From: Lysobacterales bacterium
Lineage (GTDB): Bacteria > Pseudomonadota > Gammaproteobacteria > Xanthomonadales > SZUA-5
DNA length: 14,831 bases
Assembly: GCA_022844165.1 (NCBI GenBank)
Contig: JALHMH010000045.1
Location: forward strand, 18,841 to 33,671
Direction: 5' to 3'
The notes beneath the pieces were generated by a model. It did not search any database. It worked only from the letters and a program-made list of their open reading frames with translations, and was not told the origin of the DNA. Of the stretch, positions 8,305 to 14,831 are shown in pieces (the stretch's first letter is position 1; every line of letters begins with the position of its first letter). Position numbers and translations under genes: made by a program.

Positions 8305-9191
8305 ACCGCGATTGGCAGGCGCTGCAGTCGTTGTTGATGTTGATCCACACGCGGTTGGATGAGCCGCTGACGCTCCGACGGCTGGCCGATTTCGCCGGAC
8401 TATCCACTTTTCAGTTGCACCGCTGGTTTCAACGGCGCATCGGAGAAACACCGCGGGCCTATGTGGAGCGCCAGCGCCTGGAACAAGCGCGTTTTCGGCT
8501 GCTTGTGCAGAACGCGCCGTTGACGCGCATCGCGGCGGATTGTGGATTCAGCTGTTCGGACAGCTTCACAAGAGCATTCCGTCGTCGATACGGGGAGTCG
8601 CCAGATCGTTGGCGTGGCGAGTCAGCCCCCAAGAGCGATCCCAAAGTGATTGCCGACTCCGCCGGCAACCCAGAACCTACCCTGAGCGCCACCCGGCATG
8701 TACGATTGCAAGCGCTTCATCTGGCAACCCTGCGCCACATAGGACCTTACGAAAACGTGCCGCAAACGCTGTTCGATCGACTCGCATCATGGGCTGACCA
8801 ACGTTGCCTTCGTGAGCCTCGAATCTGGATGGGAATCGGCCATGACGCGCCCGGCATCACGCCGCCGCAGGCGTTGCGATTTGACGCGGCGCTGGTCATC
8901 GGTGAGACCTTTGCGCCCGATTCCGCCATTGCACATCAGATCCTTGCCGGCGGCGACTTCGCCATCACCACGCACGTCGGCCCGTATTCGACTTTGCCGC
9001 AAGCGTACGCCACGATACTTCAACGACTGCTCAAACACCGCCGCTGGACGCCCCGTGGTTTGCCCGCAATAGAAGTGTATCAATCCACGCGAGTGGACGT
9101 AGGCGCGTTAGTCAACCACACCGATTTGCTGCTGCCGATCGAATTGGTCGCGAGGCCCGAGAGTTGTCACGAGTATCGTCATGCGTCTTGA
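8301..9191 (+). CDS. AraC-family transcriptional regulator with C-terminal GyrI-like effector-binding domain
   Basis: N-terminal double HTH (LTLRRLADFAGLSTFQLHRWF...IAADCGFSCSDSFTRAFRRRYGESP). GyrI-like motifs RHIGPYE, HDAPGITPPQALRFDAAL, HVGPYSTLPQAY, IEVY. Confidence 0.93.
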   Translation: MNRDWQALQSLLMLIHTRLDEPLTLRRLADFAGLSTFQLHRWFQRRIGETPRAYVERQRLEQARFRLLVQNAPLTRIAADCGFSCSDSFTRAFRRRYGESPDRWRGESAPKSDPKVIADSAGNPEPTLSATRHVRLQALHLATLRHIGPYENVPQTLFDRLASWADQRCLREPRIWMGIGHDAPGITPPQALRFDAALVIGETFAPDSAIAHQILAGGDFAITTHVGPYSTLPQAYATILQRLLKHRRWTPRGLPAIEVYQSTRVDVGALVNHTDLLLPIELVARPESCHEYRHAS

Positions 9192-9411
9192 TTTTTCCCA
9201 CACGGTCAAAGGTAGATTGGCGTGATCGTTACGATGACGCTCACCCGCTCATCTGTTGAGTTGGTGTGTAGTGTGATTCTACTGAGCGTTCTTGGGGGTA
9301 CGTTACGTTGGCCTGATCGCGCGGCCGGGTGGTTCCAGAATTCGCCGCATAATGCACAGGTGGACTCTAATCGCGAGCACCAAAATCATGGCCACTCTCT
9401 CGAAACAGAAA

Positions 9412-10332
9412 ATGCGTCTCGCAGAAGGCGTAATTTTCTCGCTCGCCTGGCTGCAAATGTCCCTCGCATTCGCCGACGCGACCGCCTACCAATGGCGGCA
9501 GATCCACGCCGAAGCGCCGTGGCGCAAGACCTACAACTTCCAGATGATGACCATTGGCGACCGACTTTGGGTCTTCCATCCGGATGGTGCCTACAGCTCC
9601 GACGATGGCGATCATTGGCAACGCTCGAGATTGACGGACGCGGTGGGGAACCAGGCTTTTCTCGACTACGTGATTCACAACAACGAAGTACTCGCGCTCG
9701 GACATTTCGAAGGCAACATCGAAAAACACACCTTTGAGCCACGCATCCAGCGCACGGTTGATCTGACACGATGGGAGCCATTGGGCAACAGCAACCTGCC
9801 GAAACGGTTCTTCTATCACCCGTTCGTTTTCTCGGATTCGATCTGGCTGATCGGCGGCGAGGACCAGTCTCAGCAGTACGACGATATCTGGAGTTCGCGC
9901 GATGGCTTGCACTGGGAGCGCCGCGCTACGCGCCTCGCCTTCGGCCCGCGTAGCAATAGTCAGATTGTGCGGTTGGATGACTGGCTATATCTGCTCGACC
10001 ACGATGTCTGGCGCTCCAAGGATGCGCTGCATTGGCAACAGGTGTCGGCTGGCATCGTGCCTGGACAGCGCATCTTCGGCTACAAGGCCATCGTGTTCGA
10101 TGGGCGCATCTGGTTGTTGGGCTGCAACCGCGATGGTCGCTTTACCTCGCAAGTGCTGACCAGCGTCGATGGCGCATCCTGGCAGTCGCAGGAAGCGCCG
10201 TGGCTTCCGCGCGGCGGGATTGCAGCGGCGGTGTTTCAAGGCCGGTTGTACATGACCGGCGGCAAGTACGGCGGAACGCCGGAGCACACCGAGTTCAGAT
10301 ACGACAACGATCTGTGGGTGATGACGAAGTAG
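9412..10332 (+). CDS. Secreted beta-propeller protein with Asp-box/Kelch-like repeats (alternative start 9388)
   Basis: Signal-like MRLAEGVIFSLAWLQMSLAFA. Repeated S-x-D-G-x-x-W units (SSDDGDHW, SSRDGLHW, RSKDALHW, TSVDGASW) and Kelch-like strands (IWLIGG, IWLLG, LYMTGG, NDLW). Confidence 0.8.
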   Translation: MRLAEGVIFSLAWLQMSLAFADATAYQWRQIHAEAPWRKTYNFQMMTIGDRLWVFHPDGAYSSDDGDHWQRSRLTDAVGNQAFLDYVIHNNEVLALGHFEGNIEKHTFEPRIQRTVDLTRWEPLGNSNLPKRFFYHPFVFSDSIWLIGGEDQSQQYDDIWSSRDGLHWERRATRLAFGPRSNSQIVRLDDWLYLLDHDVWRSKDALHWQQVSAGIVPGQRIFGYKAIVFDGRIWLLGCNRDGRFTSQVLTSVDGASWQSQEAPWLPRGGIAAAVFQGRLYMTGGKYGGTPEHTEFRYDNDLWVMTK

Positions 10333-10485
10333 CAGAGCAGCAATCGGGATAGCTGGCGGCAGCGTCGTTGTTGCGCATCGATTTTCGGTACTTGCGACGT
10401 GCCCTACCTGCTGCGGGACCAAAGGCACATGATTCGGCGCCAGCCCACGGGCAAGATCGCACAAAGAGTCCGTGGAGGCTTGGCG

Positions 10486-11685
10486 ATGTCCTCGACCGTG
10501 TTCAACCGGTGGTTTTTCGCGGCACTGCTTGGCTATCAAAGCTGCGCTTCGGCGGAGTTTGTCGATGTCTCAGCCAGCAATTTGCCGCAAGCGGCGCTCG
10601 CAGATCGCAGCATGGATGTCGAATTCGCCGACCTCGATGGAGATCGCGATCCGGACATCATCGTCGCCAAGGAATTTGCACGCAACCTGTGGCTACGAAA
10701 CGATGGCAGTTTCAGCTTCTCGTTGGCGACCAACGCCATGCCAAATACAAACGAAGATTCCGAAGACGTACTCGCAGGCGACTTTGATGGCGACGGCGAC
10801 ACAGACGTGATTTTCGTCAGCGAGGACACAGCGACCAACGAGTATTTTGTCAACAACGGCTCAGGTGCTTTTTCAGTGAGCCCAAACACGTTGCCAGCGA
10901 ACACTGCATCCAACGCCGGGCTTGTGCACGATCTGGATGGCGACGGCGATCTCGATCTGATCATTGCGCGCAACAACGCGCGCGAACTCATCATGTTGAA
11001 CGATGGCGCCGGCGCCTTCACCGATGTCTCGAATACCTGGATGCCCGACGGCATCGTCGACATCACGCAGGACATCGAGTTAGCCGATGTCGACGGTGAC
11101 GGCGATCTGGATTTGTTGGCGGCGAACGAACCCAATAACGGCGGCCGCAATCGGGTCTATATCCGAAAGGGCAACAGCTTCGTTGACGAGTCGCAGGCGC
11201 GCATCCCATTGCGTGCAACGCGCGAAGAAACACGCGAAGTGGCTCATGGCGATGTCGACGGCGATCTCGATATCGACATCGTTTACGGCAATGTCGATTT
11301 CGCCAACGTCGACAACGCCGCCAACCGCATACTGATCAACAACGGCAGCGGCTTTTTCAGCGACGAGACCGCAACCCGATTGCCCGACATACGCCGCGCG
11401 ACGCTGGATGTCGATCTGGCCGACGTCGACGGCGACCTGGACCTGGACTTGTTGATCGCCAACTTCAGCTTTGGCTTGCAAGTCCAGCTCAACAACGGCG
11501 CTGGCGTATTCACCGAAGCCACCGCTCAGATCCTCGGCGCCTCGGCGTCCAATCGCAACACCATCGACGTCGAGTTCATCACTGCCGCCGGCGCCCGTTG
11601 GATCTATGAGGCAGGCTTCAACGCCGTCGACCGTCTGCTGCGCGAAAACACCGATGCACTTTTTGCGGATGGATTTGGGTCGTGA
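10486..11685 (+). CDS. Secreted FG-GAP/VCBS-repeat (Ca-binding beta-propeller) protein with C-terminal DALFADGF tail
   Basis: Six D-x-D-G-D-x-D-x-D repeats, most followed by N-[ND]-G-x-G-x-F. Signal peptide MSSTVFNRWFFAALLGYQSCASA. GGAGG RBS at 10474-10478. Confidence 0.9.
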   Translation: MSSTVFNRWFFAALLGYQSCASAEFVDVSASNLPQAALADRSMDVEFADLDGDRDPDIIVAKEFARNLWLRNDGSFSFSLATNAMPNTNEDSEDVLAGDFDGDGDTDVIFVSEDTATNEYFVNNGSGAFSVSPNTLPANTASNAGLVHDLDGDGDLDLIIARNNARELIMLNDGAGAFTDVSNTWMPDGIVDITQDIELADVDGDGDLDLLAANEPNNGGRNRVYIRKGNSFVDESQARIPLRATREETREVAHGDVDGDLDIDIVYGNVDFANVDNAANRILINNGSGFFSDETATRLPDIRRATLDVDLADVDGDLDLDLLIANFSFGLQVQLNNGAGVFTEATAQILGASASNRNTIDVEFITAAGARWIYEAGFNAVDRLLRENTDALFADGFGS

Positions 11686-11913
11686 TTGACCGAACTCGAG
11701 CAGACGCATGTGCTCAGATTGACTCGACGGGCCATATAAGCCAGCCTGCACGCCAATCACCGCGCTTGCCAACAGCTGCGGCAACGGTCCGATGGCGGCC
11801 TGCTCGGAAAGCTCGAAAACCCGAGGCGGCGACTGGCTCGATCACGCCGCTCGATCAAGGCGTCGCAAGGGGAAACTGCATACCAGCCCAGGGTGCAACC
11901 CAGGGTTGATCGT

Positions 11914-13008
11914 CTAGCGATCTGGCGAATCGGTTTGCCCCGGTGGCAGCGTCAGGCGCGGCAGTAGCTCGCTGGTGATGAGCTTGAGCGTCAGCAGATG
12001 CGGCTGGGGTTCGTTGAAGTTCTCGCTGGTGATCACGATGACGACCTGGCGTTCGGGATGCAGGAGCACGATGTTGCCGCCGCTGCCGGCCATGGCGGGC
12101 AGCGACAGCGACTGGCCATCGGTTCCCACGGGCAGTTTCATCAGCCACCATAGATAGCCGTAATCGGCGTCTGGCCGTGCGGTGGCTTTGGGGCTGAGCG
12201 AGGTTTGCACCCAGTGGGCCGGCACGACCTGTTTGCCATGATGGCGGCCGCCATCGAGGTACAGTTGCCCGAGTGTCCAGAGATCGCGGGTGCGCAGGCT
12301 CAATCCACCGCCGCCCTGCGCCAGACCCAGCGGCGAGTATTGCCATAGCGCGGATGGGATACCGAGCGGCGCGAACAGGCGCTGCTCAGCGTAAGCCGGC
12401 AGCGGTTGCCCAACAGCCGCTTGCAGCACGGCGCCCAGGGTTGTAACGCCGGCCGTGCAATAGCGAAAACTGCGCCCGAACGGCGAGTCGATCGGCTTGG
12501 CGATCCAGGCCGGATACCCCTGGATCGGCAGGTCAAGATAAAACTGCACCCAGTCTTCGATCAGGTACATGCGCTCTTCGTTGCCGCGCGAGTACGAATT
12601 CTCATCGTCGCATTCCAGCGCCGAGGACATGGTCAGCAGATCCTCAACGGAGATTGCGAGCTTGCGCGGATCCGCATGGGCCATTTTTCGACGCATCGAC
12701 CTCGGCAGGATGTCGAGGATCGGCACCGCGGTATCGCGCAGATGGCCGTCGGCGATCGCCAAACCGGTCAGCATTCCGGTTAGAGTTTTGGTCACCGATC
12801 GCGTGTTGCGCAGGGTGTCGCGATCGCCGCCTGCGGCGTAGTACTCAAACAGTACCTCGCCGTCTTGCGCCAGCAGCACGCTCGAAATCGATTTGAAATC
12901 GCCGCGCGTCAGCCGCTCGCGAACGCCATCGAAGGGCGCCTCGGCACTCGCAAACAGTGACATCAGCAAGAGGCTCAGCAAGCCAGACCAGCGGCAGCTC
13001 TTGTTCAT
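11914..13008 (-). CDS. Secreted serine hydrolase, beta-lactamase class C/AmpC-like superfamily (NylB/CubicO-like)
   Basis: SxxK motif RSVTKT, LLTMSS, FRYCT (catalytic Tyr), LFAPLGI, YGYLWW, MAGSGG. Signal peptide MNKSCRWSGLLSLLLMSLFASA. AAGGAG RBS upstream of ATG 13008. Confidence 0.9.
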   Translation of the reverse strand: MNKSCRWSGLLSLLLMSLFASAEAPFDGVRERLTRGDFKSISSVLLAQDGEVLFEYYAAGGDRDTLRNTRSVTKTLTGMLTGLAIADGHLRDTAVPILDILPRSMRRKMAHADPRKLAISVEDLLTMSSALECDDENSYSRGNEERMYLIEDWVQFYLDLPIQGYPAWIAKPIDSPFGRSFRYCTAGVTTLGAVLQAAVGQPLPAYAEQRLFAPLGIPSALWQYSPLGLAQGGGGLSLRTRDLWTLGQLYLDGGRHHGKQVVPAHWVQTSLSPKATARPDADYGYLWWLMKLPVGTDGQSLSLPAMAGSGGNIVLLHPERQVVIVITSENFNEPQPHLLTLKLITSELLPRLTLPPGQTDSPDR

Positions 13009-13069
13009 CGCAACTCCTTGGCAAAGTATGACGTTCGCTGCGGGTCGGACCGGCGCAACGGCAATCACT

Positions 13070-13903
13070 TTAGCCTTCGCGGTGAGATCGAACCGGTACG
13101 CTTGAAACCTGACTACGTTTCGCGGCGCGCCGCAGCATGCCGGGACGGACGCCAAGTTCCCGGCGCAGGCAGCGACCCAAATGGCTGGCGTCGACGAAAC
13201 CGCAGCGCAGCGCCGCAGCGTCGGCGCTGTGCCCTCGCGCCAGACAGCGCATCGCAGCGAGCGCCCGGAGGCGGCGCACGTATTGTCCGGGCGACACGCC
13301 CAGCGCGCGGCGGAAAACGCGGGCGAGGTAAACCGGGTGTACTTGCGCCGTGGCAGCCAGCGTTGCGACATCCGGCCAGCCGTTGGCCGAATGCAGGAAA
13401 TCGAGCGCCCGGCGGAGCACGGGCGCGTCCGGCGTCGCAGCGTCGGCACGGCCGAGGTTGCCCAGCAATTCGGCCAGCAGGCACTGCACGACCAGCGGCG
13501 TGCACGGATCATCGTTGGCGACGGCGCGCAGCAAGTTCATCGCCTGGCTCATCGCCATCGCACCGAGCCGCTGCGCTGGCGCCCGAACGCCGTCGGTGCT
13601 CGCCGCGAAGGCAGCGGCGGGCTGTGTCACAACGAGAAACAAACCGTCGCGACTTCGGAACCGATCGCGGTGCTCCACACCGGGCGGATTGAACACCAGC
13701 GTTGGTTCCTGGCAAACCGGCGGCATGCCAGCCGCAGTGCTCACATAGGCGCCGCCGAGCAGCAGGACCAGGTGCATCTCATCGTGCACATGCTCCGGCA
13801 CACTAGATTCGGGCACGGCCGGGCGCATCAACGAAACGTCGATATCGCCGGCTTGCCGCGCCAGCAAAATCCGCCCGCGCACAGATCCGTGCTCTGCCGA
13901 CAT
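13070..13903 (-). CDS. AraC-family transcriptional regulator (N-terminal cupin, C-terminal HTH), ~277 aa
   Basis: Cupin HVHDEMHLVLLLGG...FNPPGVEHRDRF. HTH VATLAATAQVHPVYLARVFRRALGVSPGQYVRRLR...CGFVDASHLGR. GAGGA RBS upstream of ATG 13903. Confidence 0.92.
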   Translation of the reverse strand: MSAEHGSVRGRILLARQAGDIDVSLMRPAVPESSVPEHVHDEMHLVLLLGGAYVSTAAGMPPVCQEPTLVFNPPGVEHRDRFRSRDGLFLVVTQPAAAFAASTDGVRAPAQRLGAMAMSQAMNLLRAVANDDPCTPLVVQCLLAELLGNLGRADAATPDAPVLRRALDFLHSANGWPDVATLAATAQVHPVYLARVFRRALGVSPGQYVRRLRALAAMRCLARGHSADAAALRCGFVDASHLGRCLRRELGVRPGMLRRAAKRSQVSSVPVRSHREG

Positions 13904-14471
13904 CGGTATCGTCCTCGTGGTTTTGCGATCCACGCACGCAAACTTCGCGCCAGAGCGGTCGATCGGCGAATGTCCACTGATCGGCGACAGCCGAGGGCCC
14001 GACTGTGGGCGACTCTCGCCATAGGGTTGGTGGTACTCGCCGATGTTGAACAGTTCCCGGGGTTGGTGCTCGTGAATTTCCCAAGCGTTCTGAAGGAACG
14101 CCGAATGTGCGCGCCATCTGCAACGCGTCCTCGGCGGGTGATTGGCCGGCAGTCTGGCGGTCTGCCACTCGATGCATCGATCAAGGCTGTTCAGGTCCGC
14201 TCGCAATGACCATTCGCGCCAAATATTTCAAAGTCGTCGGCGTCAACTTAGCAAGTTCATTCAAGCCAACCGGCGCAGTACGGCGCAAATTGAAACCAAC
14301 ACTGATGCCGACACTACTGGGTTCACCAATCCAAATGCCACTCAACCGGTAGATGCACTTTAAAGAGGAAATGAAGTGGGTTCGCTATCAACAGAGCGCT
14401 GTCCGAGAAATTCGTCTCCGCGTGTGAGCTCGCTTGATCATAACGTCCAACTGTATTTTTAGGTTGCCGCC

Positions 14472-14825
14472 ATGGATTTTTGGTACAAACAATTATGGGC
14501 TTACTTTAAATTGTTAGGCATCTGGGCCGGTCTTGCGATCATGGGGTCTCAGGCGAACGCTGCGACTCATGACAAGAGCGGTGCCTGGAAAGTGACCGCG
14601 ATCGGTAGCCAAGGCGGGCCATTTTTCGCTTTGTCCAGTCCCGCCACCTTCAATTGCCAATGGGGGTACTTCTACATCACCGGCACTGAAGCCCAGCAGG
14701 AATCTATGCACGATTTGGTTATGTCCGCCGCCCTGGCCGGAAAAACCGTGACCCGTATTGTCTACGATCAGGCGAGCAGTGGCGGATTGTGCAACGTGAG
14801 CTTGCTCATTGTACAAATGAATTAA
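14472..14825 (+). CDS. Small secreted hypothetical protein (117 aa, two Cys), possible OB-fold
   Basis: Signal-like N-terminus ending SQANA|A. The ~87-aa mature part has two Cys and a beta-strands/helix/beta-strands pattern. Followed by AAGGAG. Confidence 0.7.
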   Translation: MDFWYKQLWAYFKLLGIWAGLAIMGSQANAATHDKSGAWKVTAIGSQGGPFFALSSPATFNCQWGYFYITGTEAQQESMHDLVMSAALAGKTVTRIVYDQASSGGLCNVSLLIVQMN

Positions 14826-14830
14826 GGAGC
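14825..14830 (+). promoter_or_regulatory. Shine-Dalgarno for a downstream gene outside the window
   Basis: AAGGAG overlaps the TAA stop of the 14472 ORF. Confidence 0.55.
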
Positions 14831-14831
14831 T

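Noticed and set aside
9237-9289. Hammerhead ribozyme on the minus strand
   Set aside because: It has CAGAUGAG rather than CUGAUGA and lacks the GAAA core.
11686-11913. Small gene or terminator between the convergent FG-GAP and hydrolase genes
   Set aside because: The ORFs lack an RBS and protein-like composition. Only short stems and 8-9-bp repeats (GCTCGATCA, CCCAGGGT) are present, with no U-tract.
13009-13512. N-terminal extension of the serine hydrolase (532-aa ORF) or an AraC-hydrolase frameshift fusion
   Set aside because: It is an off-frame read of the AraC gene. The hydrolase has its own AAGGAG RBS and signal peptide at 13008.
13181-14209. 342-aa plus-strand ORF and other long antisense ORFs (e.g. 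619-1230, 2204-2893, 3202-3972, 11080-11784)
   Set aside because: Arg/Ala-rich or motif-less shadow frames opposite well-supported genes, as expected in GC-rich DNA.

Overview
GC-rich bacterial window, probably a Xanthomonadales/Rhodanobacteraceae-like gammaproteobacterium (inferred from the IlvC style and a C-terminal 'D-x-L-F-A-D-G-F' tail). It starts with a tandem palindromic REP-like repeat (1-140) and a two-gene ilvD-ilvC unit. A 152-bp MITE-like element follows (3003-3154), with 16-bp imperfect terminal inverted repeats, CTAG/CCAG flanks and an interior of back-to-back hairpins carrying GGA/GNRA loops. After it come two small hypothetical ORFs, a large secreted multidomain S8 protease on the minus strand, a membrane protein coupled to an AraC-GyrI regulator, a secreted Asp-box/Kelch-like propeller, a secreted FG-GAP/VCBS protein, and a minus-strand AraC plus serine hydrolase pair. 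At the more AT-rich right edge is a small secreted protein with an AB5-toxin B-subunit-like (OB-fold) helix motif, followed by an RBS for a gene beyond the window. The most novel-looking items are the structured MITE (possible mobile CsrA/RsmA-binding RNA) and the AB5-B-like protein. All assignments come from reading the sequence; no searches were run.
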